From Micromonosporaceae bacterium (GTDB lineage: Bacteria; Actinomycetota; Actinomycetes; Mycobacteriales; Micromonosporaceae), in NCBI GenBank assembly GCA_036375165.1, contig DASUSI010000178.1, forward strand, positions 43,086 to 107,085: a stretch of DNA of 64,000 nt. The letters are read 5' to 3'. The position numbers and the translations under genes were made by a program. Under the pieces are notes generated by a model. That model searched no databases. It had not been told where the DNA came from and saw only the letters and a list, made by a program, of their open reading frames with translations. Below are positions 20,625 through 30,388 of the stretch, one piece after another (position 1 is the first letter of the stretch; every line of letters begins with the position of its first letter).

Positions 20625-20743
20625 CCGTACCCCGAAGGTTGGCAGGTCCGCCACAGGGTCGTAAGAGGGGGCGTCAGGAACGGCCGGATGGGCGATTTTG
20701 AGGCTAGGGTGGTACACACGACCTCGAGCCGGGGAGGTGGGAC

Positions 20744-22519
20744 GTGACACGCGGTGAGGACGCTGAAGCACGGGCCGCGCGTCTGGAGAATGAGGCCAAC
20801 GACCTCTCCGCCCAAGTGAGTTTCCTGCAGGAGGAAGTCACGCTGCTGCGGCGCAAGCTGAGCGACAGCCCGCGCCACATGCGGCTCCTGGAGGAAAGGC
20901 TCGCTGCGGCGCAGGCGCAGGTTCATCGCCTGACTGAGCAGAACGAGAAGCTTGTGCAGACCCTCAAGGAGGCTCGCGAGCAGATCGTCACGCTCAAAGA
21001 GGAGATCGACAGGCTGGCGCAGCCCCCGAGTGGGTACGGCGTCTTCCTGCAGCGCAACGAGGACGACACGGTCGACGTGTTCACCGGGGGCAGGAAGCTG
21101 CGGGTGGCGGTGTCACCGGCGGTGGAGGCCGAGAGCCTGCGTCGCGGCCAGGAGGTGTTGCTCAACGACGCCCTCAACGTGGTGGAGGCGTTGGGATTCG
21201 AGCGCGCCGGCGACGTCGTCATGATCAAGGAGATCATGGAGAACGCCGAAGGGATCTCCGACCGGGCTCTGGTGCTCTCACACGCCGACGAGGAGCGGGT
21301 GGTTCACCTCGCGGACTCGCTGGTCAGCCAGCCGCTGCGGGCCGGTGACTCGCTGATGATCGACGCGCGCAGCGCGTACGCGTACGAGCGGATCCCCAAG
21401 AGCGAGGTCGAGGAACTGATTCTCGAGGAGATCCCGGACATCGACTACCGCGACATCGGTGGCCTGGACGGGCAGATCGAGCAGATCCGCGACGCGGTGG
21501 AGTTGCCGTTCCTGCACGCCGAGCTGTTCCGGGAGCACAGGCTGCGGCCACCCAAGGGTGTGCTGCTCTACGGGCCGCCCGGATGTGGTAAGACGTTGAT
21601 CGCCAAGGCGGTGGCCAACTCGTTGGCCAAGCAGGTCACCCGCCAACAGTCGGAAACCGAGAAGCGGTCCTACTTCCTCAACATCAAGGGTCCGGAGCTG
21701 CTGAACAAGTATGTCGGCGAGACCGAGCGGCACATCCGGTTGATCTTCCAGCGGGCACGGGAGAAGGCCAGTGAGGGCCTGCCGGTGATCGTGTTCTTCG
21801 ACGAGATGGACTCGGTGTTCCGTACCCGCGGTTCAGGGGTGTCCTCTGACGTGGAGAACACCATTGTGCCGCAGTTGCTGAGTGAGATCGACGGTGTGGA
21901 GGGCCTGGAAAACGTCATCGTGATCGGTGCCTCCAACCGGGAGGACATGATTGACCCGGCGATCCTGCGACCCGGGCGGCTCGATGTGAAGATCCGCATC
22001 GAACGGCCGGACGCCGAGGCGGCGAAAGACATCTTCTCGAAGTACATCACCTCGGACCTGCCGTTGCACCCGGACGATTTGAACGAGCACGGGAGCAACC
22101 GTGACGCCTGCGTCGCCGCGATGATCCAGGCGGCGGTGGAGCGGATGTACGCCGAGACCGAGGAGAACCGGTTCCTGGAGGTCACGTACGCGAACGGCGA
22201 CAAGGAAGTCCTGTACTTCCGTGACTTCAACTCCGGCGCCATGATCCAGAACGTTGTGGACCGGGCCAAGAAGGCGGCTATCAAGGACCTTCTGAACACC
22301 GGGGTGCGCGGGATCCGGTTGCAGCACCTGCTGGACGCCTGTGTCGATGAGTTCCGGGAGAACGAGGATCTGCCGAACACCACGAACCCGGAGGACTGGG
22401 CACGGATCTCCGGCAAGAAGGGTGAGCGGATCGTCTACATCCGCACCCTGGTGACCGGTAAGGGTGCCGAATCCGGTCGGTCCATCGATACGGTGACCAA
22501 CACGGGCCAGTACCTGTGA
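20744..22519 (+). CDS. arc: proteasome-associated AAA ATPase (Mpa/ARC)
   Basis: N-terminal coiled coil, OB domains ([25 protein letters not shown]). Walker A GPPGCGKT, Walker [11 protein letters not shown]-terminal proteasome-docking GQYL. GGAGG RBS before GTG 20744. Confidence 0.95.
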   Translation: MTRGEDAEARAARLENEANDLSAQVSFLQEEVTLLRRKLSDSPRHMRLLEERLAAAQAQVHRLTEQNEKLVQTLKEAREQIVTLKEEIDRLAQPPSGYGVFLQRNEDDTVDVFTGGRKLRVAVSPAVEAESLRRGQEVLLNDALNVVEALGFERAGDVVMIKEIMENAEGISDRALVLSHADEERVVHLADSLVSQPLRAGDSLMIDARSAYAYERIPKSEVEELILEEIPDIDYRDIGGLDGQIEQIRDAVELPFLHAELFREHRLRPPKGVLLYGPPGCGKTLIAKAVANSLAKQVTRQQSETEKRSYFLNIKGPELLNKYVGETERHIRLIFQRAREKASEGLPVIVFFDEMDSVFRTRGSGVSSDVENTIVPQLLSEIDGVEGLENVIVIGASNREDMIDPAILRPGRLDVKIRIERPDAEAAKDIFSKYITSDLPLHPDDLNEHGSNRDACVAAMIQAAVERMYAETEENRFLEVTYANGDKEVLYFRDFNSGAMIQNVVDRAKKAAIKDLLNTGVRGIRLQHLLDACVDEFRENEDLPNTTNPEDWARISGKKGERIVYIRTLVTGKGAESGRSIDTVTNTGQYL

Positions 22520-22536
22520 CCCGGAGCAGGGGCGGG

Positions 22537-22553
22537 AACGGCCGAGGCCGTTA
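22537..22553 (+). terminator. short GC hairpin AACGGCC-gag-GGCCGTT after arc
   Basis: 7-bp stem and 3-nt loop, 18 nt after the arc stop. No U-tract, so function is uncertain. Confidence 0.3.
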
Positions 22554-22706
22554 GGCTCGACGTATGAGCGAGTGTCAGCGACCGCGTGACCGGTCACGGT
22601 GTGCGCCTACGGTGCGTCAGATGGTGACCAGGTGGTCTCAGGGGTGCCGTTGCGCGGGCGGTCGCGCTACGGCACCCACCGGTTTCCAGGCCGGGGCGGC
22701 GGGCGC

Positions 22707-24224
22707 ATGAGTACCCGCCGGGTGATGGGCACAGAAGTCGAATACGGAATCTCGGTGCCCGGCCAGCCGGGTGCGAACCCGATGGTCACCTCGTCGCAGA
22801 TCGTGAACGCGTACGGGGCGCGGCCGGAGTTGACTCGCGGCGGCCGCGCCAGGTGGGACTACGAGGAGGAGTCACCGCTTCGCGACGCCCGGGGTTTCAC
22901 CTATTCCGGGGCGTTGTACGACCCGGCGGAGGCGCTCGCCGATGAGGACATGGGTTTGGCCAACGTGATCCTCACCAATGGCGCGCGGCTTTATGTGGAC
23001 CATGCCCACCCTGAGTACTCGACGCCAGAAGTGACGAATCCCCGGGACCTCGTGCTGTGGGACAAGGCGGGGGAGCGGGTGATGGCGGAGGCGTCCCGCC
23101 GGGCCGCGATGACGCCGGGTGGCCAACAGATCAATCTCTACAAGAACAACACCGACAACAAGGGCGCCAGTTACGGCGCACATGAGAACTACCTGATGCG
23201 CCGTTCGACGCCGTTCTCGGACATCGTCACGCATCTGACGCCGTTCTTCGTGACCCGGCAGGTGATCTGTGGGGCGGGACGGTTGGGGCTGGGCCAGGAC
23301 GGTTCCAAGGCCGGGTTCCAGATCTCGCAGCGGGCAGACTTCTTCGAAGTCGAGGTGGGCCTGGAAACCACGCTGAAGCGTCCGATCATCAACACCCGCG
23401 ACGAGCCGCACGCGGACGCCGACCGTTACCGCAGGCTCCATGTGATCATCGGTGATGCGAACCTGTCGGAGATCGCGACCTACCTGAAGGTGGGTACCTC
23501 GGCGCTGGTGCTGTCGATGATCGAGGACCGGGCGTTGCCCGCCGACCTGGGCTTGGCGGATCCGATCAGTGAGTTACGGTCGGTCAGTCACGACCCATCA
23601 CTTCGGCACATGCTGCGGTTGCGTGACGGCCGGCGGTTGACAGCACTGGATGTGCAGTGGATCTACTATGAGCGGGCGTGTTCCTATGTGGAGGATCGCT
23701 TCGGCTCGGATGTGGACGAGGTGACCGCTGACGTGCTGGACCGGTGGGAGGATGTGCTGTCCCGACTCGGTGAGGACCCGATGCTGCTCGCGGACTCACT
23801 GGACTGGGTGGCGAAGCTACGGCTTCTTGAGGGTTACCGGGAACGCGAAGGACTCGAATGGTCCTCACCGAAACTGCAACTGGTGGATCTGCAGTACTCC
23901 GACGTGCGACCGGACAAGGGCCTCTACAACCGGATGGTACGGCGCGGCGACATGAAGACGCTGTTCGGCGGCGAGCAGGTGGAGCGGGCGATGACCGAAC
24001 CGCCGGAGGACACCCGGGCGTACTTCCGGGGCCGTTGCCTGGCCACGTACGGCAGCGAGGTGGTGGCCGCGAGCTGGGACTCGGTGATCTTCGACGTCGG
24101 TCGGGAGTCTCTGGTGCGGGTGCCGATGATGGAGCCGGAACGGGGTACCAAGGCACATGTCGGGGCGTTGTTCGAGCGGTGCCCGAGTGCCAAGGACCTG
24201 CTCGAGGCACTGACGTCCGGCTAG
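22707..24224 (+). CDS. dop: Pup deamidase/depupylase
   Basis: [16 protein letters not shown]... N-terminus, paralogous to PafA (GxExEYG). Located immediately upstream of pup. ATG 22707 preferred over track start 22599. Confidence 0.9.
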   Translation: MSTRRVMGTEVEYGISVPGQPGANPMVTSSQIVNAYGARPELTRGGRARWDYEEESPLRDARGFTYSGALYDPAEALADEDMGLANVILTNGARLYVDHAHPEYSTPEVTNPRDLVLWDKAGERVMAEASRRAAMTPGGQQINLYKNNTDNKGASYGAHENYLMRRSTPFSDIVTHLTPFFVTRQVICGAGRLGLGQDGSKAGFQISQRADFFEVEVGLETTLKRPIINTRDEPHADADRYRRLHVIIGDANLSEIATYLKVGTSALVLSMIEDRALPADLGLADPISELRSVSHDPSLRHMLRLRDGRRLTALDVQWIYYERACSYVEDRFGSDVDEVTADVLDRWEDVLSRLGEDPMLLADSLDWVAKLRLLEGYREREGLEWSSPKLQLVDLQYSDVRPDKGLYNRMVRRGDMKTLFGGEQVERAMTEPPEDTRAYFRGRCLATYGSEVVAASWDSVIFDVGRESLVRVPMMEPERGTKAHVGALFERCPSAKDLLEALTSG

Positions 24225-24282
24225 ACGGAGTGTCACTACTACCAGGTAGCTTCGTAGCAGGTACTCAGGAGGGAGCAGCCCC

Positions 24283-24501
24283 ATGGCTACGCGGGACAGT
24301 GGCGGGCAGTCGCAGGCCGGCCGCGGCAAGCGGGAGCAGGAGACCGACCAGACACCGGAGCCGGCCGCCAACCCGGAGGTCGCGGAGCGGCACGAGAAGC
24401 TCTCCGAGGAAGTCGACGACCTGCTTGACGAGATCGACTCCGTCCTGGAAGAGAACGCAGAGGAATTCGTCCGCGGTTACGTTCAAAAAGGTGGCGAATA
24501 G
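24283..24501 (+). CDS. pup: prokaryotic ubiquitin-like protein Pup (Glu-terminated form)
   Basis: 72 aa, acidic and disordered. Mpa-binding helix [31 protein letters not shown]. Ends in GGE rather than GGQ. Confidence 0.95.
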   Translation: MATRDSGGQSQAGRGKREQETDQTPEPAANPEVAERHEKLSEEVDDLLDEIDSVLEENAEEFVRGYVQKGGE

Positions 24502-24563
24502 GGAGAAATGTTCGATTCGATTGTAGGGTCGGACACCTGTCGTAGCCCTGACTCACGACGACC

Positions 24564-24944
24564 GTGACGGGTTACGTCGTTGTCGCGGCTGCGGCGGGTG
24601 GAAGCCACGTGACGAGTTCTACGGCAGAGGGCTGCGTGGTCGGGGAGCGTGAAGTGCCACCCGAGGGTACGCGACGCCGTCCAGACTGCCGTGAGGCCAG
24701 GCTACTTGAGAGTTTCCCCGGCCGCGACTACCACGAACACCTGGACCACGATCACGACCACGGAAACGTCCGTGGCATTCTGTGCTTCAACCGCAACGGC
24801 GGACTCGGGCAGTTCAGGGACAGCCCCGACCTGCTGCACAAGGCGATCGGCTACTTGAGAGGGACCACGTGGACTTTGGTGCGACCGGGCGTCTACCAGC
24901 GGTCTTCACGACGCCGGGCATCTCCTCCTTCACCGAGTTTCTGA
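24564..24944 (+). CDS. endonuclease VII-like domain protein, degenerate Zn site (possibly a pseudogene)
   Basis: [40 protein letters not shown] matches the Endonuclease_7 core (VDHDH.TG.VRGLLC..CN..LG.F.D...L..A..YL). The second Cys of the CxxC is Arg (codon 24792-24794) and there is no upstream CxxC. The 3' 76 nt overlap prcB. Confidence 0.5.
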   Translation: MTGYVVVAAAAGGSHVTSSTAEGCVVGEREVPPEGTRRRPDCREARLLESFPGRDYHEHLDHDHDHGNVRGILCFNRNGGLGQFRDSPDLLHKAIGYLRGTTWTLVRPGVYQRSSRRRASPPSPSF

Positions 24945-25702
24945 GACTCGCCGCGCCGGACCTGTTACCGGGGCGGCGTCCTTTGCCACCGGGCAGCGTC
25001 GAGCATCTCGCTCCTCACGGCACCACGATCGTCGCTGTCGCCTGTGACAGTGGCGTGGTGGTGGCCGGTGACCGGCGTGCCACCATGGGTAACCTGATCG
25101 CGAGCCGGGACATCGAGAAGGTGTTCCCGGCCGGCCCGTACTCCGTGGTGGGATATGCGGGTGCCGCCGGTGTCGGCCTGGAACTGATCCGCTTGTTCCA
25201 GGTGGAGTTGGAGCACTACGAGAAGATCGAGGGCATCACCCTGTCGCTGCATGGCACCGCGAACCGGCTCGCGTCGATGATTCGTGGGAACCTGGCGGCG
25301 GCGATGCAGGGTCTTGCGGTGCTTCCCCTGCTCGCCGGGTTCGACACCGCGGCCGATGTCCCGGCCAAGGCTGGCCGCATCTTCAGCTTCGATGTGACCG
25401 GCGGCTGCTTCGAGGAGAGCGACTTCCACGCCATCGGGTCCGGTTCACTGTTCGCGAAGTCCGCGATGAAGAAGCGCTACCGGCCGGGCATGGCTCTCGA
25501 CGACGCGGTACGCCTGGTCGTGGAAGCGCTCTACGACGCGGCCGAGGACGACACCGCCACCGGTGGTCCCGACATGACGCGCAAGATCTATCCCGTGGTC
25601 ATGACAGCGACCGCGGACGGTGTGGTCAAGCTGGGCGAGGAGCAGTCGGCGCAAGTGGCCCGGGTCGTGGTGAACGACCGCATGGAGAACCCGGGCGGCT
25701 GA
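24869..25702 (+). CDS. prcB: proteasome subunit beta
   Basis: Propeptide with [16 protein letters not shown], then the HG/TTIVAV processing site (catalytic Thr1) and GDRRAT. GTG 24869 has GAGAGGGA upstream and is preferred over track start 24782, which runs through the EndoVII-like core in another frame. Confidence 0.9.
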   Translation: MDFGATGRLPAVFTTPGISSFTEFLRLAAPDLLPGRRPLPPGSVEHLAPHGTTIVAVACDSGVVVAGDRRATMGNLIASRDIEKVFPAGPYSVVGYAGAAGVGLELIRLFQVELEHYEKIEGITLSLHGTANRLASMIRGNLAAAMQGLAVLPLLAGFDTAADVPAKAGRIFSFDVTGGCFEESDFHAIGSGSLFAKSAMKKRYRPGMALDDAVRLVVEALYDAAEDDTATGGPDMTRKIYPVVMTATADGVVKLGEEQSAQVARVVVNDRMENPGG

Positions 25703-25751
25703 GTGTCGCCGTCACACAACCTTCCCAGACAGCCGAAGGAGAGCGCCCGCC

Positions 25752-26639
25752 GTGGCAATGCCGTTCTACGCCTCGCCCGAGCAGTTGATGCGCGACAAGT
25801 CCGAGTACGCCCGCAAGGGCATATCGCGGGGTCGCAGCGTCGTGGTGGTCACGTACTCGGACGGGGTGCTGTTCGTCGCGGAGAACCCGTCGACCGCGCT
25901 CCACAAGATCAGTGAGATCTACGACCGGATCGGGTTCGCCGCCGTTGGCCGCTACAACGAGTTCGAAAACCTGCGCATGGCGGGGGTGCGACTCGCCGAC
26001 ATCCGCGGTTACAGCTACGACCGGCGCGACGTCAACGGGCGGTGGCTGGCCAACACCTACGCACAGACCCTCGGAGCGATCTTCACCGAGCAGCACAAGC
26101 CGTTCGAGGTGGAAATCTGCATCGCACAACTGGGTGATGTCCCAGACCATGACGAGCTGTACCGGATCACCTACGACGGCTCGGTGGGGGACGAGCCGGG
26201 ATTCGTCGCGATGGGCGGCCAGGTCGACGCGATTTCGGCGGTGTTGCGGGATCGTCACCGTCACGATGCGGCACTGGCGGACTCGCTGAGCCTGGCCATC
26301 GAGGCCCTGGGCAGCGTCGGCGGTGAGGCCGGGCAGCGGCGGGAGATCCCCGCCGACCGGCTGGAGGTGGCGGTGCTTGACCGTAGCCGGCCGGGCCGGG
26401 CGTTCCGGCGGGTCACCGGGGCGGCGTTGGCCTCGTTGCTGGGCCGCGGCCCGGCCCAGAAGCCGACTGAGCCGGCCGCGGAACAGTCCGGTCAGGGCGC
26501 ACCCTCCGACGATGCGGTCGATGAACTGATCGGCGAACTGGAAGCCGGCGAGTCCGAGGACGCCCCACCAACACCGCGCAAGTCCGCACCGCGCAAGGCG
26601 AAGCCCAGGACAACCAAGCCGGAGCCGCCAGCCGAGTAG
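25752..26639 (+). CDS. prcA: proteasome subunit alpha with extended charged C-terminal tail
   Basis: [33 protein letters not shown]...[24 protein letters not shown] closely parallels mycobacterial PrcA. About 50 extra C-terminal residues. Confidence 0.9.
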   Translation: MAMPFYASPEQLMRDKSEYARKGISRGRSVVVVTYSDGVLFVAENPSTALHKISEIYDRIGFAAVGRYNEFENLRMAGVRLADIRGYSYDRRDVNGRWLANTYAQTLGAIFTEQHKPFEVEICIAQLGDVPDHDELYRITYDGSVGDEPGFVAMGGQVDAISAVLRDRHRHDAALADSLSLAIEALGSVGGEAGQRREIPADRLEVAVLDRSRPGRAFRRVTGAALASLLGRGPAQKPTEPAAEQSGQGAPSDDAVDELIGELEAGESEDAPPTPRKSAPRKAKPRTTKPEPPAE

Positions 26640-26724
26640 CGGTGGCCGCAGTAGTCCGGTCGTCCGTTGTCCGGGGCCGTCGGTGTGGCGCACAATGGCG
26701 GCTGTCTGACGCTTCGTCGCGGGG

Positions 26725-27774
26725 GTGCACAGGACGGCATCGGTGACCGGGGTGGCACTGCGGGCACGGCTGGGGGAGCGCGGCGCGACGGGACTGCGCA
26801 TGCTGGCCGTCGCGGTCGCGTACTCCCTGGGTGCCCAGGTCGGACTGCTGATCGCGGTGGTACGGGACCAGGTCACCCCGTTGTGGCCGCCGACCGGTGT
26901 CGCCTTGGTGGCCCTGCTGGCCTGGGGGCTTCGGATCTGGCCCGGGATCGCCGTCGGGGCGCTGGTGGTCAACGTTCCGATGGGCCCGTCATGGTCCGCT
27001 GTCGGGCTGATCACGTTGGGTAACACCGTCGCCCCGGTGGCCGTGTACCTGCTGCTACGCCGTACCGGGTTCCGCAGCGAGCTCAACCGGTTGCGGGATG
27101 CCTTGGCGCTGGTGTTGTTCGGCACGTTCGCCGCGATGACGATCAGCGCGACCGCGGGCGCCCTGGCACTGTTCAGTTCCGGTGCGCTGCCCCGCGACGA
27201 GATCTGGTCCACCTGGTCGGTCTGGTGGACGGGCGACGCGATGGGCCTTCTGGTGGTGGCGCCGGTGCTGCTGGTCGCGCGGAGCACCCGGTGGCCGGTG
27301 TTCGGCGGACCGTACCGGTGGCTGGAGGTGGTCGGGTTACTGGCCGGGACCTGCGTGGTGACGCTGTTGGCCACACACACCCCGCTGCCCCTGCTGTTCC
27401 TGGTGTTTCCGTTCCTGATCTGGGCGGCGTTGCGGTTTCAGCAACTGGGGGCGACCCCGTGCGCGTTGATCATATCCATCATCACGATCCTGGCCGCGGT
27501 GGACGAGACGGGTCCGTTCGAAGGGTTGGATCTGCTGCCCCGGATGACCGTGTTACAGGCGTTCAATGGCACTGTCGCGCTGACCGGGCTGCTGCTGGCC
27601 GCGATCACGGCGGAACGTGACCAGGCACACCGGGCGATCAACCGGGCGGTCACCCAGCTCGCGGACGCCTTGGCGCAGCAGCACCCGGACCAGTCCCTGC
27701 TCAGCAGTGCGTTGTTCCGCACCGTGCGGCAGACGGACGATCCGTCCACACGGCGTGAGGATCCCGGAACCTGA
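26725..27774 (+). CDS. MASE1 domain membrane protein without an output domain
   Basis: VAYSLGAQVGLLIAVVRDQVTPLWPPTGVALVALLAWGLRIWPGIAVGALVVN is the typical MASE1 start. About 8 TM helices, then a short about 60-aa soluble tail. Start uncertain (26725 or ATG 26800). Confidence 0.6.
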   Translation: MHRTASVTGVALRARLGERGATGLRMLAVAVAYSLGAQVGLLIAVVRDQVTPLWPPTGVALVALLAWGLRIWPGIAVGALVVNVPMGPSWSAVGLITLGNTVAPVAVYLLLRRTGFRSELNRLRDALALVLFGTFAAMTISATAGALALFSSGALPRDEIWSTWSVWWTGDAMGLLVVAPVLLVARSTRWPVFGGPYRWLEVVGLLAGTCVVTLLATHTPLPLLFLVFPFLIWAALRFQQLGATPCALIISIITILAAVDETGPFEGLDLLPRMTVLQAFNGTVALTGLLLAAITAERDQAHRAINRAVTQLADALAQQHPDQSLLSSALFRTVRQTDDPSTRREDPGT

Positions 27775-27780
27775 CCGATG

Positions 27781-29106
27781 TCAGTCCACGAACCCGGGTG
27801 CCGGTGCGGTCAGTGACACCGTGTCCGGGCGTTCGGGCCAGTGACGAAGCCGGCGCAGCAACCGCACGCCCAGCAGTGTCGCCGCCACGGCTGAACCCGC
27901 CAGGAACGCCAGTTCGACCCGCAGCAGGGTTTCGACCGGCAGCGACGTCACCCCGACCAGAACCAGAAACCCGACCGCCCACCCGATCGCCTGGTCCCGG
28001 TGCCCGGCCAGGGCCAGTCCAGCCTGCCCCAGCACCGTGGCCACCATGTAGAGGGCGGTCGCCGCGGCCAGCCACGCGAAGTCGACCCGGTCCAGGATCG
28101 TCCCGGCGTCGAACAGCACCCGCACCAGCCACGGCCCGACCGCGACACACACCACAGCACCCGCGGCGCCCAGCCCCGCCACCGCGACCGTGGTGCGGTT
28201 CAGCAACCGGCGGAACCCCGCCCGATCCCCGGCGGCAGCCGCCGTGGACAGCGCCGGAAGCAGGGACGCCTGCACCGAGGAGAACACGAACAGCGGAATC
28301 CTGGCCAACACCAGGCCGGACAGCAACGCACCCGCCAGCGCGGCCTGCGCCGGGGTCGCCAACACCCGGGCGCTGACCACGCCGGCATTGACCACCGCCA
28401 GCCAGAACGTGCTCGAGGCGACCAGCAGGCCCAGCCGCGCGGCGATACCGGAGTACGGAACGTCCGGTCCAGGCACCGGACGGAGCATCCCGGGACGGGC
28501 GGTCAGTGCCACGGCGATCAGCGGCGCGACCGCCAGGACCAGCCCGTACCCGGCGGCCTGTCGTACCCCCGCCGCGGCCAACACCGCTGCCAGAGCGACC
28601 CGCAACACGCCGTCCAGGGCCAGTTGGGTGCCGTAGCGACCGAACCCGCCGTGCCCGGCGAGCAGTCCCCGGGACAGGTGGGCCGCGGTGAGCGCCACCA
28701 GGTTCGCGGCGAGTACGTCGACCAGTCGGGCGTCACCGTTGAACAGCGAATCGGCCAGCGGAGCGCGGAGCGCGAAGATGATGGTCAGCAGCACGACCAG
28801 GACCGCCAGGCCGACCAGGGTGATCCTCGCCGCGACCGGACCAGCTCCGGTGCCCCGCGCCCGGTGCGCTGCCACCAGCCGGCCGAGTTCCTGCTCGAAC
28901 GGGAAGAACAACCCAGGGCCCACAGAGAAGACGATCATCCACAACACCGCCAGGTCGCTGTAGTCCCCGGGGTCCAAGGCGTGCCCGGCGATCGCGAGAA
29001 ACCCGTACGCGGCCAGCCCGAGTATTCCGAGGCCGGCGCCGACGAGGCCGGTGCCCGCTGGCAGCGCCGCCGAAAGCCGCCGGATCAGTGACCTGACCCG
29101 TCTCAC
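27781..29106 (-). CDS. polysaccharide biosynthesis / MOP-superfamily flippase-like membrane protein
   Basis: About 441 aa and polytopic (12-14 predicted TM helices by eye). GTG 29106 overlaps the DUF2304 stop (GTGA). The track start 29370 extension is Arg/Pro-rich and overlaps the upstream gene. Confidence 0.6.
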   Translation of the reverse strand: MRRVRSLIRRLSAALPAGTGLVGAGLGILGLAAYGFLAIAGHALDPGDYSDLAVLWMIVFSVGPGLFFPFEQELGRLVAAHRARGTGAGPVAARITLVGLAVLVVLLTIIFALRAPLADSLFNGDARLVDVLAANLVALTAAHLSRGLLAGHGGFGRYGTQLALDGVLRVALAAVLAAAGVRQAAGYGLVLAVAPLIAVALTARPGMLRPVPGPDVPYSGIAARLGLLVASSTFWLAVVNAGVVSARVLATPAQAALAGALLSGLVLARIPLFVFSSVQASLLPALSTAAAAGDRAGFRRLLNRTTVAVAGLGAAGAVVCVAVGPWLVRVLFDAGTILDRVDFAWLAAATALYMVATVLGQAGLALAGHRDQAIGWAVGFLVLVGVTSLPVETLLRVELAFLAGSAVAATLLGVRLLRRLRHWPERPDTVSLTAPAPGFVD

Positions 29107-29498
29107 CTGTCCGGACTGTCCGGTAGGCCCTCGCCAGAGGGTGGTCCGGTGAGCACACCGCGTTCCCGGTTCACCAGTTCCGCCTCCCGCAGCGCCACGG
29201 CTCGGGCGAGCTCGGTGAACCGCTCCCCGAGGTCTCGGAACCTGAGGAAAAAGTGCAGCACCACAAAGACGAACGCGACGAACAGCGTGTACAGCACCAG
29301 GTCGGCGCCTCGGCCGACGCCGAGGCGCTGTGCCACCACGGTGACGTCGTCCGGGCGCAGCACCGCCCATGCGTTCAGCGCCAGGAACGCGAAAAACCCC
29401 AGCCGCTTGCCCGCCTGCAGCCGTACCCCGTGCTGCCAGCGGACGAAGCCGAGCAGCAGGCCGGCCACCGCGAGCAGCAGCAGTACCTTGATCAGCAT
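29103..29498 (-). CDS. DUF2304 domain membrane protein
   Basis: 131 aa with 3-4 TM helices (MLIKVLLLLAVAGLLLGF...), then ...FLRFRDLGERFTELARAVALRE. Directly downstream of a GT2, the usual pairing for this family. Confidence 0.7.
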   Translation of the reverse strand: MLIKVLLLLAVAGLLLGFVRWQHGVRLQAGKRLGFFAFLALNAWAVLRPDDVTVVAQRLGVGRGADLVLYTLFVAFVFVVLHFFLRFRDLGERFTELARAVALREAELVNRERGVLTGPPSGEGLPDSPDR

Positions 29499-29503
29499 CG
29501 GGT

Positions 29504-30190
29504 TCAGATCCTCCGGTTACGCAGGGTCAGGTCGAACAGGATGTTGACGCCGTTGATCAACGACTGGCCTTTGCCGCGGGAGTAGTCGGTGTAGAGGATC
29601 GTGACGGGAGCTTCGGCCACCCGCCAGTCGCCGTGTGCGAGTTGCGCCACGATCTCGGACGCGTGAGCCATGCCGTTCATCCGGATCCGCAGCCGTTCGG
29701 CGACCGGTCTGGTGAGCACCCGAAGCCCGTTGTGGGCGTCGGTGAGGCGCAGTTTGCGGCCGCTGCGGCTCAGTGCCGCCGCCGCTCGCAGCACCAGCCG
29801 CCTGGCCCGGGGAACGGTGTCGGCGCGGTCCAGGAACCGGGAGCCGAGCACCACGTCCACGTCGTCGGACCGGGCCCGGCCGACCATGGCGGCCGCGTCG
29901 GTCACCCGGTGTTGCCCGTCGGCGTCGAAGGTCACGAAGTACCGGGCGTCCGGTCGGGCCAGCGCGTAGTGAAGGCCGGTCTGCAGCGCGGCGCCCTGCC
30001 CCAGGTTGACCGGATGACGGACCAGGTGGGCCCGGGTTCGCGCGATCACCCGCGCGGACGTGTCGCGGCTCCCGTCATCGACACACACGACGTTCGGGAA
30101 CACCGGCAGCAGTTCGGCGATGACCTGGGCGATCACGGTTTCCTCGTTGTACACCGGGACGATCACCCAGACATCCTTGTTGTCGGACAT
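29504..30190 (-). CDS. glycosyltransferase family 2 (polyprenyl-phosphate sugar synthase-like, PpgS/Rv3631-type)
   Basis: VWVIVPVYNEE...VVCVDDGSRDTS...FDADGQH (DxD) motifs. 228 aa and soluble. Confidence 0.85.
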   Translation of the reverse strand: MSDNKDVWVIVPVYNEETVIAQVIAELLPVFPNVVCVDDGSRDTSARVIARTRAHLVRHPVNLGQGAALQTGLHYALARPDARYFVTFDADGQHRVTDAAAMVGRARSDDVDVVLGSRFLDRADTVPRARRLVLRAAAALSRSGRKLRLTDAHNGLRVLTRPVAERLRIRMNGMAHASEIVAQLAHGDWRVAEAPVTILYTDYSRGKGQSLINGVNILFDLTLRNRRI

Positions 30191-30388
30191 CTGGCCTCAG
30201 TTCTGATTGTGCCCCTCTGGGCACGGCACTGGTTATGCTAACGACTCGTCCGACGCGGCACGGCTTCTCTCACTGACCGCCGCGATCGCCACCCGTGCCA
30301 CGTCCGGCCGTCAGCCACGCGCGGATCGTGGCCGGGTGCGTGGCGAGTCCGTGGCCGGCGTGGTGGGAAGCGGCTGGGAGGAGTGCGC

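Noticed and set aside
24782-24868. Longer prcB start (track start 24782)
   Set aside because: The extension runs through the best-conserved EndoVII-like core in another frame and translates to an Arg/Gln/Pro-rich string. GTG 24869 gives a 51-aa propeptide comparable to known PrcB proteins.
25626-27380. 584-aa minus-strand ORF spanning prcA and the MASE1 gene
   Set aside because: Antisense to two recognisable plus-strand genes. Composition (Arg/Pro/Ala/Thr runs) is not protein-like.
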